From positions 1 to 64,000 of IMG/VR virus record IMGVR_UViG_3300028833_000142: a DNA stretch of 64,000 nt; one strand, 5' to 3'. This document shows, one piece after another, positions 50,012-60,916 of the stretch. Numbering within the stretch: position 1 is the stretch's first letter; every line of letters begins with the position of its first letter. The DNA is from a virus (Duplodnaviria; Caudoviricetes). A program made the translations under genes and the position numbers. The notes under the pieces were generated by a model, which saw nothing but the letters and a program-made list of their open reading frames with translations, searched no databases and was not told where the DNA came from.

Positions 50012-50834
50012 AAAATTTTGTTTAGTTAGCGATTTACATTTAGATATAAATAATACAAATATATTAAAGTTTGGTTTTATCAAAAATTTAGAAAATATCG
50101 ACTATCTTTTAATAGCAGGTGATACAAGTGGAAGTTATTTTAATGAATTAGATAATTTAGAAATGTTGAGAGATTACATTTTAAATAATAATCTTAAAAC
50201 TAAGGTTATAACAATTGGTGGTAATCATTCTTGGTATGATTTTAAAGAAGAATTTATTTCTAAAAATACAGGTACAACAATGTTAAGTAATTCCTTTAAT
50301 GAAGACCCTATATATTTTTTAGAGAACAATATCTTTGAAGATAAAGATATAATTATATTTGGTGCTACTTTATATACGGACCTAAAATTATTGGGTGATA
50401 TAAACTTAGCTTTATGTTATCATAAATATATGAATGACTTTAGATATGTTTATAAGGAAGTAAGAAATCAAAATATACCTGTTACACCGTTTGATTATAT
50501 GAAGTGGCATGCTGATACAATGAAAAAATTAAAAGAAATATGCGAAAAATACAAAGATAAAGATATAGTGGTAATTACACACCATGCCCCGTGTAGCCAG
50601 AGTATTTCACTAGAATACATAAATGATATTTTAAACTCATTTTACGCTTCAGATTTAAGTGGATTTATATTAAATAATCAAAATATAAAAGCATGGTGTC
50701 ATGGACACATACATTCAGACAGTGATTATAATATAGGTAGCACGAAGATTTTATGCAATCCCTATGGATATGCAAATTATGAAGGTAAGGTTAAACCTCA
50801 GAAATATATAGGCAAAGAATTTGTATTGACATAA
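50001..50834 (+). CDS. Calcineurin-like metallophosphoesterase
   Basis: SDLHLD, AGD, GGNHSW, THHAP, CHGHIH, CNPYGY. Confidence 0.9.
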   Translation: MTDKKFCLVSDLHLDINNTNILKFGFIKNLENIDYLLIAGDTSGSYFNELDNLEMLRDYILNNNLKTKVITIGGNHSWYDFKEEFISKNTGTTMLSNSFNEDPIYFLENNIFEDKDIIIFGATLYTDLKLLGDINLALCYHKYMNDFRYVYKEVRNQNIPVTPFDYMKWHADTMKKLKEICEKYKDKDIVVITHHAPCSQSISLEYINDILNSFYASDLSGFILNNQNIKAWCHGHIHSDSDYNIGSTKILCNPYGYANYEGKVKPQKYIGKEFVLT

Positions 50835-50881
50835 TTTATTTTTTGTGTTATACTTAGTTGGTACAAAGGTGAGGGAAATAA

Positions 50882-52201
50882 ATGAACAAAGTTTTAGAAA
50901 ATGAATTAGTAGAAAAAATACTCAGTGATAAATCAAGTAATATCAACCAATTATTAAATCAAAGAATAGATGATATTACTAATCGAGTAGATAAAAAAAT
51001 TACTGAAACAGAACAAATTTTAACAGAAAAAATTTCACGAGTAAGCGATAAATTAAAAGGGAAACCGATAAAGGTTAACTTGGGTTCTGTTAAGAAACCA
51101 GATAATAAAATTCTTCATGAAAAATTTGATACAATTATCAAAGTTTTAGAAAGCACAAACCGTATAGAAAAACATATAATGTTAGTTGGACCTTGTGGTT
51201 CTGGTAAAAGTTCATTATGTTCTGATGTTGCTAAGGCTTTAAAGGTAGATTTTTACCCTATGAGCGTAGGGTTACAGACTACAAAATCAGATTTATTGGG
51301 CTTTATTAACGCTAAAGGTGAATATATAACTACACCTATACGTCAAGCATTTGAAAACGGTGGTTTGCTCTTACTTGATGAATTTGATGCTACAAATCCA
51401 AGTACAGTAACTATTTTGAACTCAATGTTAGCTAATAATATATGTAGTTTCCCAGATAAAATTGTATCTAAACATAAAAACTTTATTTGTATTGTAGCTT
51501 GTAATACCTATGGTAAAGGTGCAGATATATCTTATGTTGGTAGAAATAGGCTTGATGCTTCGACACTAGATAGGTTTATCGTTATAAATGTAGATTATGA
51601 TGAAGTTCTTGAGGGGCATTTAACTAATAATGATGAATGGTTCAAATGTATTAAAAAAATGCGTTCTAATATAAATAAATATGGTGTAAAAACTATTATT
51701 TCACCAAGAGCTTCTATGCAAGGTGCCGATTTATTAGAACATGGATTTTCGTTTGAAGATGTTGTAAATATGGTTGTTTTAAAGGGTGTAAGTGAAGATG
51801 TAAGAAATAAAATTTTAAACGGTGTTACTTACGGCAAAAAGAAAAAAGAAGTTAAAAAATCTGATAGTGTAAAAATAACATTTTCAGTAGACAGAACTCA
51901 TGCTTTTGTAGAGTATGACCAAGATTTTTCAATGATTACGGAATTAGACTGGGAAGGTAAATATAGCATTTTTATTTCAAAGGATAAAGAATATATATCT
52001 AGTTTAGATTCAAATGTTAATAAAATATTCTTAAATTGTGGCGATAATAAATTTGATAAACCAGTAAATTTAACAAAATTAGTTAATGATATTAAAGAAA
52101 ACATTAATAGTTATAATGTTTCAGACATTAGCGTTTCCATAATCTTATGTTCAGAACAGCCAGAGTTAAATCGTACATATATATTGGAGTGTGATAGTTA
52201 A
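50882..52201 (+). CDS. MoxR/CobS-like AAA+ ATPase
   Basis: GPCGSGKS, LLLDEFD, NTYGKG...YVGRNRLDASTLDRF, SPRAS. Confidence 0.85.
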   Translation: MNKVLENELVEKILSDKSSNINQLLNQRIDDITNRVDKKITETEQILTEKISRVSDKLKGKPIKVNLGSVKKPDNKILHEKFDTIIKVLESTNRIEKHIMLVGPCGSGKSSLCSDVAKALKVDFYPMSVGLQTTKSDLLGFINAKGEYITTPIRQAFENGGLLLLDEFDATNPSTVTILNSMLANNICSFPDKIVSKHKNFICIVACNTYGKGADISYVGRNRLDASTLDRFIVINVDYDEVLEGHLTNNDEWFKCIKKMRSNINKYGVKTIISPRASMQGADLLEHGFSFEDVVNMVVLKGVSEDVRNKILNGVTYGKKKKEVKKSDSVKITFSVDRTHAFVEYDQDFSMITELDWEGKYSIFISKDKEYISSLDSNVNKIFLNCGDNKFDKPVNLTKLVNDIKENINSYNVSDISVSIILCSEQPELNRTYILECDS

Positions 52202-53098
52202 ATGGTTAGGCTATATACCTTTAAAGATAATAATAGAAGTATAAAATGTGCTGATTTTAACGGATTAGTAGACCAATATAATTTTATCTCTGATGAATTT
52301 AAAGAAAAAAAATATAGAACCGTGCAAATGCAAATTGACGAACGTAGAGATGACTGGTGGGGTAAGCACAATATAGAAGAAACCTTACAAGGAATGTTTT
52401 ATGGTTTTGAAAATTCTACGGAATATTTTTTAGAGAATATACAAAGTAGTAAATATTTTAACGAAAAAGATAATGGTATACAAATGTCTGAACAAGGTAA
52501 TATATATGATATGGGTAGTTTTGTATCAGGTATACCTGAATGTTGTTTAGATTTCGGTTTACCAACACCGAATCCATATGTTAAAATTATGGTTGATTTA
52601 CCATTTTCTTGCGGTTATTCTGAAAACCAAATATATAATCGTGGTGTAGCTATATTGGCTTTATTGCAAACATTAATCATTTCAAAATGTATAGTAGATT
52701 TATATATGTTTGAATTTAATCAACAAAGTGATATGCTCGTTATGTATACAAATAAAATTGATATGAATTGTATATCAATAGCAGATTTAGCGTTTTTATG
52801 TTCACCAGAGTATTTCAGAAGAATAGGTTTTGTAACTACGGAATGTATACGACAAAGAAGTAGCGAATGGGGTTGTGGCAACAGTACCTTAACTAATTTT
52901 ATAAAAGAAAAAATAAAAAAAGATAAAATATTTTTTATAGGTGGTAGTTACACAGACGGTGAATTGGCAAATAATTTATCAACACCAGATAAAGCCATAG
53001 AATGTTTATTAACAAAATTTAATAAATTTTGTACAGAAAATAAATTAAATTTGAATTTACAGATGAAAAAGAATGGAGAAATAAATGTTAGAAATTAA
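52202..53098 (+). CDS. Putative vWA-like partner of the AAA+ ATPase
   Basis: Directly coupled; YDMGSFVSGIPEC, VDLPFSCG, RGVAILAL and FRRIGF pattern of phage CobT/vWA-like partners. Confidence 0.55.
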   Translation: MVRLYTFKDNNRSIKCADFNGLVDQYNFISDEFKEKKYRTVQMQIDERRDDWWGKHNIEETLQGMFYGFENSTEYFLENIQSSKYFNEKDNGIQMSEQGNIYDMGSFVSGIPECCLDFGLPTPNPYVKIMVDLPFSCGYSENQIYNRGVAILALLQTLIISKCIVDLYMFEFNQQSDMLVMYTNKIDMNCISIADLAFLCSPEYFRRIGFVTTECIRQRSSEWGCGNSTLTNFIKEKIKKDKIFFIGGSYTDGELANNLSTPDKAIECLLTKFNKFCTENKLNLNLQMKKNGEINVRN

Positions 53099-53531
53099 AA
53101 TGGTGGCAGGAGAAAAGTATAGACCAATATATGCAAACGACACAGATGCTTGTATGGATATTAAGGCAAAAATAGATAACGATTTAGGCGAAATAATTAT
53201 ATATCCTAATCAGATAGTTAAGATTGGCTCTGGTTTACAAGTAGATGTGCCCAAAAACCATATTATGCAAATGTTCGTAAGAAGTTCTGTAGGTATTAAG
53301 AAAAATTTATGTTTAGCAAACGGTACAGGGATAATAGATAACGGTTTCAAAGATGAAATTATTATGGTATTATATAATTTTGGGAAAGAACCACAAATAA
53401 TTCAAGATGGTGATAGAATTTGTCAATTTTTAATTTTTCCAAGACCTATTATTAAACCAGTTTTTGTACAAGATAATGAAGATTTTAGACAAGGTGATAG
53501 GGGCGGAGGCATCGGCTCTAGTGGAGTTTAA
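53085..53531 (+). CDS. dut: dUTPase (trimeric)
   Basis: ACMDI, VRSSVG, GIIDNGF.DEI, GDRICQ, RGGGIGSSG. Confidence 0.92.
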   Translation: MLEIKMVAGEKYRPIYANDTDACMDIKAKIDNDLGEIIIYPNQIVKIGSGLQVDVPKNHIMQMFVRSSVGIKKNLCLANGTGIIDNGFKDEIIMVLYNFGKEPQIIQDGDRICQFLIFPRPIIKPVFVQDNEDFRQGDRGGGIGSSGV

Positions 53532-53587
53532 GTCTATTGACTTTTTTGTTAAGCTATGGTATTATATTTTAGTGTTATAAACGTGAG

Positions 53588-54025
53588 GTGTATATGATTT
53601 CATTAGATTTATTTAAAAGTATTATTAGTCACATTAAACAACAAGAAGAAAAAGACGAGAAGTTAACAAAATTGTTAATTGACCCAGATTTTACGGGTTG
53701 GGTTTCTACCGCCAACGATTTAATTGACGATTTAGTTAAATTATTAGAATATGAACTTGGTGATAAATACGAATATATATCTTGGTGGTTATATGATATT
53801 TCTGATGGCAATAAATTTGTATATGAAGATTTTAAAGATAATAAACAAATTAGATATAATCTTAATCTACTAGAAGATTTATATTATTACGTAATTGGTG
53901 ATTTGGAAGCTGTTAAGCAGGATGTAGTTAATAAAAATAAAGAGGATAATGCATATACAATGGCTGACAGTTCTGTATTTAATGAAATTTTTGATACAAT
54001 TTGGGGTGAAACGGATGAGTTATAG
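53588..54025 (+). CDS. Hypothetical protein
   Basis: Promoter at 53538; ISWWLYD motif. Confidence 0.55.
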   Translation: MYMISLDLFKSIISHIKQQEEKDEKLTKLLIDPDFTGWVSTANDLIDDLVKLLEYELGDKYEYISWWLYDISDGNKFVYEDFKDNKQIRYNLNLLEDLYYYVIGDLEAVKQDVVNKNKEDNAYTMADSSVFNEIFDTIWGETDEL

Positions 54026-54938
54026 GCTTAACCCAGAAATTATAAAAAATCCATTTAATTATATTGGTTCTAAAAATAGAATTATGCCTTTGATTTTAGA
54101 TTGTATACCAGAAAATATATATGAACTGGTAGACGTTTTAGGCGGTAGTGGCGAGGTTGGTTTATCAGTTGGTTTACCATGTGTATACAACGACCTTAAT
54201 AAACCCTTAACCTACATAATAAAAACATTCCAAGAATTGCCTATAAGCCTTATATTAGATTCAATACAGGTTTTAATAAATTCTTACAATTTATCAAAAG
54301 ATAATAAAGAAGGGTATTTAGAACTTAGAAAAGATTTTAATGAACATCAAGGGTATAATTTATTGAATTCTGAGGATAGCGATATAAGATGGGCTAATTG
54401 CATAGCCTTATATGTACTTATCTGTCATTCTTTTAATTATTATATAACTTTTAATTCAAAAGGCGAATATAATAATCCAAGTGGGTGCAACAGGTCTTGG
54501 TTTAGCGAAAGCTTAAAAAATAAATTGATAAAATATAAAGAAAGACTTGACCAAATGTGTAAATTCGAGGTAAACTGTGTAGATTACAATGAGATTTTAG
54601 ATAGATATTTGGTTAAAGATGATTTAAGAGATATATTGTTTTTTATAGACCCACCGTATTTAGCAAGTGACGATATTTATTCAAGAAATAAAATTTTAAA
54701 ATGGACAAAGGATAATGAAATAAATCTCTATCAAAAACTCTTGACAATTCATTCAAAAGGTGGTAGAATTATTTTAACAAATCAGTTACAAAAGGGTGAT
54801 TATAAAAATGAAATTTTACAAGATTTTATTACAGAGAGTGGTTTTGACGTAGTGAACACAATGGTAAATTTTGATAATTGTTCTTATCAACGCAAAAACA
54901 AAGGGTATGATAAAGAAATATTAGTTAAAAATTTTTAA
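54015..54938 (+). CDS. Dam/D12-class DNA adenine methyltransferase
   Basis: PFNYIGSK, VLGGSG.VG, YNDLN, HSFN, FFIDPPY. Start moved to MSYRL. Confidence 0.88.
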   Translation: MSYRLNPEIIKNPFNYIGSKNRIMPLILDCIPENIYELVDVLGGSGEVGLSVGLPCVYNDLNKPLTYIIKTFQELPISLILDSIQVLINSYNLSKDNKEGYLELRKDFNEHQGYNLLNSEDSDIRWANCIALYVLICHSFNYYITFNSKGEYNNPSGCNRSWFSESLKNKLIKYKERLDQMCKFEVNCVDYNEILDRYLVKDDLRDILFFIDPPYLASDDIYSRNKILKWTKDNEINLYQKLLTIHSKGGRIILTNQLQKGDYKNEILQDFITESGFDVVNTMVNFDNCSYQRKNKGYDKEILVKNF

Positions 54939-54952
54939 TAGAAAGGTATAGC

Positions 54953-56275
54953 ATGGATAGAGAATACGCAATTGAAGAACTTAAAAAATTTAAGAATTAT
55001 TCAGGTATTAGTAGAGATAAATGTATAGAAATTTACAACTCATTTAAAATGTCACCGACGACATTTAAAATTACTATACCATATCACGGTGAACTAATTA
55101 ATATAGAAAGAGATGAATTTTGGGATTATATAAAAACGTCTGATATTAGAGAGGTATACTCAACGGGGTATATACAGTCTTTAGAAGGTGAATGTAATAA
55201 CGAACCAGAAGATGAAGAAACGCTTTTAAAATTAAGAAAACAAAAGTTAGCCATTCAAGATAAGTTAAATTTTGAAAGAAAAATTAACAATAAAAGTTTA
55301 AGAAATTTGAATACACTTGAGGAATTAAATAAAGAAATCATAGATAAATTGAATAAATTACCAAAAGTGGAAATAAATAGAAGTGATATTATTTCAAATG
55401 ACAGGTCTGTTGGTATTATAGCAATAGGTGATGTCCATGCAAATGAACTTATAGATACACCTAAAAATAAATATGATTTTGAAATTTTGAGTAAAAGATT
55501 TAAAAAATTAGCAATTTGTGCTAAAAAATATTTTAAACAAAACAATGTAAACACAGTCGTAGTGATGCTTTTAGGCGATTTGCTGAATAGTGACCGTAGG
55601 ATAGCAGAGGTTTTTAATATGGCTACTAACCGTTCTTGTGCAGTAGTATTGCTTTTCCACGTTTTAAGACAATTCTTAATGGATATATCAGAATTTTGTA
55701 ATATTACTGTGGCGAGTGTTTCGGGTAATGAATCAAGAGTCATTGGTGATGAATTTGATACCTCTGATATATTAGCAACATATAATTATGATTATACATT
55801 ACATGAGTTTTTAAAGGTTGCATTTGAAAAAGATGAGAGAATTAAATTTATTGACGGAAACTTTGCTGAAAAGGTTATGAATATTGCGGGTTCAAATGTG
55901 CTTATGACTCACGGTACATCTTTTACAAAAGATATAGAAAAGTCTGTGCAACAAACCTTTGGAAGATATGCTTCAAATGGGATAACTCTTGATTATTTGT
56001 TCTGCGGACATTTTCATTCTGCTAGAATAGGTGATATGTATGCACGAACTGGTTCTATGTGTGGCAGTAATAGTTATTCAGAGGGTGCATTAAACCTTAA
56101 TTCAAGAGCGAGTGAGCTTATTGGTATTTTTTATCCAGATAAAAGTAATACGGTTTCAAGAGTAGATTTACAAGATGTAAATAATATAGAAGGATACAAT
56201 ATAGTTGAAGAGTTAGAGAAATATAATGTTAAATCTTCTTCTAAAAAAGAAAAGTTTTTAGTTCATATTTTATAG
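54953..56275 (+). CDS. Metallophosphoesterase/nuclease with an N-terminal coiled coil
   Basis: GDVHAN, LGDLL, SGNE.R, THG, CGHFH. Confidence 0.8.
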   Translation: MDREYAIEELKKFKNYSGISRDKCIEIYNSFKMSPTTFKITIPYHGELINIERDEFWDYIKTSDIREVYSTGYIQSLEGECNNEPEDEETLLKLRKQKLAIQDKLNFERKINNKSLRNLNTLEELNKEIIDKLNKLPKVEINRSDIISNDRSVGIIAIGDVHANELIDTPKNKYDFEILSKRFKKLAICAKKYFKQNNVNTVVVMLLGDLLNSDRRIAEVFNMATNRSCAVVLLFHVLRQFLMDISEFCNITVASVSGNESRVIGDEFDTSDILATYNYDYTLHEFLKVAFEKDERIKFIDGNFAEKVMNIAGSNVLMTHGTSFTKDIEKSVQQTFGRYASNGITLDYLFCGHFHSARIGDMYARTGSMCGSNSYSEGALNLNSRASELIGIFYPDKSNTVSRVDLQDVNNIEGYNIVEELEKYNVKSSSKKEKFLVHIL

Positions 56276-56285
56276 GATATAATAT

Positions 56286-57123
56286 ATGTTAACAGATAGA
56301 GAGATAATAATATTGATAGAAAATTTAGAAAAAGCTAAAATAAAATTTAAAGATTATCCATATAGAATATATCGACTCGATACAATTATAGATACACTTG
56401 AATATGTCTTAAACCCAGAGGATAAAAATTATGGCGGTATAATAAGAGGTGTATGTGATGAAAATAAGTGATAAAACAAAGCTTTTATTAGCCATAAGCC
56501 TACTTGAAGGTTTAAAGAGAGATGTGGAATATAGACTATGTAAATGTGAAGATTGTAAATTTACGTTAGACTATATAGATTATTGTTTAAGAATTTTAGA
56601 AGAAAGTGAAACAAATGGTTAAATTTTTAAAAAAAATAGCAGTTATATTAGGAATGGCGTATTTAGTTATTATAAGTGTTAAGGAAATGGTAAATGTATT
56701 AGACCTTTATATAGATTCGCCTTCATATAATGCAAAAGCTTTTTTAAATGATTTTAATAATGCTATTTATAAAAATATAAATATTCTACAAAACGCATAT
56801 AAAGAAGGTTTGGGTATATAATGAATATAGCAGGTTTTGGTACATATTTTTCAGTTTTAGGGCATTGTATAAGATTACATGTTGAAGCAAACACTTATTA
56901 CAATTGGTTTGACTGGCGTTTTGAATATGACGAAGGTTTAAATGGCGTAAGGATAATAACAGAGTTTTTAAAAATACAAGTTTTTATAGGTATAGGTAGT
57001 AATGTACAAGATGTATGGTTTTTTGATTCAAGTTCTTATTTCTTACAACAAGAACATGACCGTATACCAAAAGAACTACAAGAAATGATGGGAAATAATA
57101 TAATAGAAGAAGAAACGGAGTAA
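56286..57123 (+). other. Small hypothetical genes (56286, ~56456, 56606, 56821)
   Basis: Tightly packed short ORFs. Confidence 0.5.
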
Positions 57124-57287
57124 AAAGATGAAAGTAGACAAAATATTGAGTCAAATTTCTTTTAAAAGAAATGAAATACCAGAAGATTTAGATAGAAAAA
57201 AAAGAATAGAAAAAAATCAAGTAATATCAACAAAAGAAGCCGAGATATTATTAGGTAAAAAAAATAAAATAAATTATATAGCTTAAA

Positions 57288-57315
57288 AAAAAGATGCCCT
57301 AATCGGCATCTTTTT
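57288..57315. terminator. Bidirectional terminator
   Basis: AAAAAGATGCC-CTAATC-GGCATCTTTTT between convergent genes. Confidence 0.8.
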
Positions 57316-58072
57316 CTGTAATAGATTTGGGTTCAAGTAGAGGTATAGGTTTGACATCTATTACATTTTTATTTTTACTTTCAATTAATGCTTTTTGCTG
57401 TTTTTCTTGTTGAAGTGCAATAGCTAAAATACTTTTTGTATTTACATCAACAGAGCCATTATGGTTTACGACTTGTGTATCGGCAAATTCTTCTTTATTA
57501 TAACTTTGTAAAAGCTTAAACCCAAGTTGTGCATTTTTGGAACTCATACCGTGTTTTGTTACACTAGACAATAAACCCATTTCTATCATACATCTACAAC
57601 GGTTATATATTCTTGCAAATCTAATTAAAAGTTTATAATCTCTATCTAAATTTTTATCATCAGACAATTCAACATTTTCAAGTATTTCTTGTTCTTTTGC
57701 CTCTATTTTACGCTCTATAAAGTTGCGTTTTTTATCAAGCATAAAGTTTTCATGACGCATATATAACCTGTCAGGTATAGGTGTGTTAGGTTCTAAATCA
57801 TATAATTGTGCAAATTCAGCTTCAAATTCCTCTTTTCTTTGTTCAAAAACTTGCTCATAGGTGTACGGCAATAATAAATCTAAATCTTCTAATTTATCTG
57901 AAAATTCTTCTTGTAAAATTGTACCAGTTTTTATATAATTTCTAACTGTATCTACATTATTTATACCTAATCCCATAGCTAAATATTTTGGGGTAGGTGC
58001 TTGTAACATAATTGGCAATATAGCCTTTAATTTATTATTGTCAATCTTTAATTTCGGTCCAGTTTTCGCCAT
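57299..58072 (-). CDS. Putative terminase small subunit
   Basis: N-terminal G-P-K-L-K HTH-like region (LAMGLGI...TVRNYIKTG), helical core, and C-terminal beta tail QVVNHNGSVDV. Confidence 0.5.
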   Translation of the reverse strand: MAKTGPKLKIDNNKLKAILPIMLQAPTPKYLAMGLGINNVDTVRNYIKTGTILQEEFSDKLEDLDLLLPYTYEQVFEQRKEEFEAEFAQLYDLEPNTPIPDRLYMRHENFMLDKKRNFIERKIEAKEQEILENVELSDDKNLDRDYKLLIRFARIYNRCRCMIEMGLLSSVTKHGMSSKNAQLGFKLLQSYNKEEFADTQVVNHNGSVDVNTKSILAIALQQEKQQKALIESKNKNVIDVKPIPLLEPKSITEKDAD

Positions 58073-58170
58073 AATTTACCTCTACTTTCTACTTTTCTAT
58101 AATAGCATTTTAAGGATACTTGACAAAATTATATTGTTATGGTATAGTGAATATATTGAAAGGATAACTA

Positions 58171-58968
58171 ATGAAAAAAGAATTAAGGTTTAGACAAAAA
58201 CTTGTAATTAAACTTGATAAAATAACTCAAATAATTTTATTTATTATTTGTTTACCTCTAGTATTAATTTTCGAGGGGAACAATAGAGTGTTTCAATTTT
58301 TAGCAGACTTTAATCAAAAGTGTAGCGATATATTGGTAGATGTAGTTGCACGTAAAATTTATGTATTTATTAACAATTTACTACTTAAATTTGGAGGAAA
58401 ATAAATGTGCGAAATAGAAAAGATGTATATGGATGATACTATTGATAATAGTTTAAGTATTTTGTATAAGCAAATTATTAAACTATATCTTATTTCTTTG
58501 GGTTTTGAATTTGACGAAAGTATTAACATGAAATCATTATCATATCCTAAAAAGTTTGTAGCGTGGAAAGTGGATGATTTTGATTTTAACAAGATTACAG
58601 ACCAAATAACTGCTACTTTACATTCAATTAAAAAATTTATGAAAGATGAGAATTTAATTCATAAAGGCTATAGATTTAATGTAAAAGATGTAGAAGCTTT
58701 GAAAGATAAAGACGATTGCGAGTCTACTTTGTTTAGAACCATTATACAAGTGGACAAAAAAACAACAAGTGAAATAATGGATGAAAGAATATCGCAAATT
58801 GAAAAACTAGCAAGTGAATTAAGAAAGTGTGCTTATGGTACTGGTGGACAATGTGTAGGGGTTCAACATAGAAATATGTTAAAATCCAATTTAGGTTTAA
58901 AATGCTTAAAAGCAATAAAAGAATATAAGGATGAAAAAGACGAATTTTTTGGAGGGCAAAATGCCTAA
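58171..58968 (+). other. Two hypothetical genes (58171-58404, 58405-58968)
   Basis: Consensus promoter 58120-58148 and RBSs. Confidence 0.55.
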
Positions 58969-59488
58969 AAAGAAAAAAATATGTATAATTATAGATGTAG
59001 ATGGAACTCTTGTAAGTGAAAAGGACAATAGTCAAATTATTTTACCTACAGAAAATAATAGAGAGGTTTGGGATTTATTCCATAAAAACAAACAATATTA
59101 TAAACCTTCTCAGTTTAAACAAAATAAAAATATAGTAGATATTATAAAAGCTATTATTAATAATGTGCCAGAGGTATATTTAATATTTTTAACAGCAAGG
59201 GAAAATATTGAAGGTAAACCGATTTTTATAAATACATATAGATTAATTAAAAAAATATTCGGTTTTCAACCTACAGATTTTAGTAGAAGATTTACTATTT
59301 TAATGAGAAAAGAAAACGATTTTAGGTCAAGCGATATGGTAAAAGAAGATATTTTAAATAATGAAATATTACATGATTATTTGCCAGTTTTAGCCATAGA
59401 TGATGAAGAGCCTAATATAAAAATGTTTGAAAGAAACAATATAAATTGTATTCGTGCAGTAAGAAAAGGAGATTTATTAAATGGATAA
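58961..59488 (+). CDS. HAD-family phosphatase (T4 PseT/PNKP 3'-phosphatase-like)
   Basis: DVDGTL, FLTAR, MRKENDFRSSDMVK, IDDEE. Confidence 0.8.
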   Translation: MPKKKKICIIIDVDGTLVSEKDNSQIILPTENNREVWDLFHKNKQYYKPSQFKQNKNIVDIIKAIINNVPEVYLIFLTARENIEGKPIFINTYRLIKKIFGFQPTDFSRRFTILMRKENDFRSSDMVKEDILNNEILHDYLPVLAIDDEEPNIKMFERNNINCIRAVRKGDLLNG

Positions 59489-60129
59489 TAAGATTCCCTA
59501 TGATAGTTATATAGGTTGGACTCACGCAACTTGTAAAAAATGCAAAGAAGTATTCCCTATTTTTGACCGTTATGGTCAATGGAATGATTTACCGCCAGAC
59601 AATAAATTTTATTGCCCAAAATGTGAGCGAAAAGGTTTTAAATCAAAAAAACCAAAATCGCCCAAAACAGCTACTGGTCGTGTAACACCCGAAGTATTTT
59701 TGAAACAAAATGAAATAAAAGATAAATTAACTATCAAATTTTTTAAAAAGATTTGTCGTGAACGTGGCAAGGGTAGAAGTTATAATAGTATTTTAAAAGA
59801 AGCAATAGAAGTAGCAGATTTGTACAGAGAGGATTAAAATGACAGATTTTAAATATAAATTACCGATTTATGAAGTTGTAGATGAAGAAGGCAGTTTAAA
59901 ATTCTTATTTAATTTAGAGGCGAACAATATACCAAATATAGGTGAACAAATTGTTGTTTTAAAACGAGGTGAAGACGGTTCTTTTGAACATAGGCTTTAT
60001 TTTAAAATAATACACAAACTTATACCTACAGTTTTAGACGAAACAAATAATAGAATTTTTGATGAAGATAATGTGAATTATGTTTTATATGTTGAAAAAC
60101 AAATTGATGAACCTGTATTAAATTGTTAA
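59481..60129 (+). other. Zn-finger protein (59481-59837) and hypothetical protein (59839-60129)
   Basis: CKKC...CPKC in the first ORF. Confidence 0.55.
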
Positions 60130-60132
60130 CAC

Positions 60133-60198
60133 TTGACAAATAAAAAAATATGTGCTATAATAAAATTGTCAAGAAAATTGTACATTTAAAATTTAATA
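60133..60198 (+). promoter_or_regulatory. Consensus promoter plus boxA-like leader
   Basis: TTGACA-17-TATAAT with TG extension, then TTGTACATTTAAAATTTAATA. Confidence 0.8.
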
Positions 60199-60638
60199 AA
60201 AAATAAAAGAAGTGACTGAATAATACTTTCATCGGGTATAAAGTGGTGATATAAGAGAGTTGGAATACTCTTCATAGGTTTGTCAAAACCGAATTGTATT
60301 ACGCTCAGGTCTTTTAGAAAGCTCAAGTACGCATAAGATATATCTTGCAGGTTGAAAAATTACCAAAATGGGTATACGCTAGTAGGATTTTAATTTTAAA
60401 ATCTGTTCTCTGTATGCGGTACACAGCCAAAATCTAGCAATTAAACCATGCATGTAATCTGCTTACTGGTTAGAGTGGTGAGTGTTGAATAGTTTATCTA
60501 TTCTATGGGAAAAATTTTATGGAGAATGTTTTGCTGACGGGTAAAACTATTTTTTATAAAATCCGTAAAACTTGTGAAGGTCAAGGATAAAAGGTTTGAT
60601 ATTAGTAATAAACTAATCTAATTTTCTTTTATTTTTTA
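60198..60638 (+). ncRNA. Large structured ncRNA, probably a ROOL-family RNA
   Basis: ORF-free; closed by a 14-bp stem (60198-60211/60624-60637); many hairpins; segments such as TGAATAATACTTTCATC, GCTCAGGT..AAAGCT.AAGTACGCAT and AAACCATG.ATGTAA..TGCTTACT.GTTAGAGTGGTGAGTGTTGAA match my recollection of ROOL. Confidence 0.65.
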
Positions 60639-60672
60639 ATTTTTTTAACATAATATAATGTAACATTTTAAT

Positions 60673-60713
60673 TACCACCCTTTTAAACCTCTTTCTTGGG
60701 TGGTTTTTCTTTT
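60673..60713 (+). terminator. Terminator downstream of the large ncRNA
   Basis: ACCACCC...GGGTGGT followed by a T-run. Confidence 0.75.
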
Positions 60714-60870
60714 GTAAAAAATTACATGTCATTTACTGAATTTAAAAATGAGAAAATAAAAAAGCCAGAAAATATTTTTGAAAAATAAAAAACATTATAT
60801 AAAGAAGATATTAAAAAATATAATAAGATAAAAAACATAGTATCTTCCAAAATATAAAACATCAATTTAA

Positions 60871-60916
60871 TTTAAAGTTGTTAATTTCGCCCTTATATAC
60901 CAAGCGTTTCAAGACT
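60871..60916 (-). repeat. Dispersed ~45-bp element, copy 3 (inverted)
   Basis: Reverse complement is near-identical to 21578-21625 (TCTTGAAACGCTTGGTATATAAGGGCGAAATTAACAACTTTAAA). Confidence 0.85.

Noticed and set aside
60724-60862. Minus-strand hydrophobic ~46-aa ORF
   Set aside because: Phe/Ile richness follows trivially from the A-tracts, and no RBS is evident.
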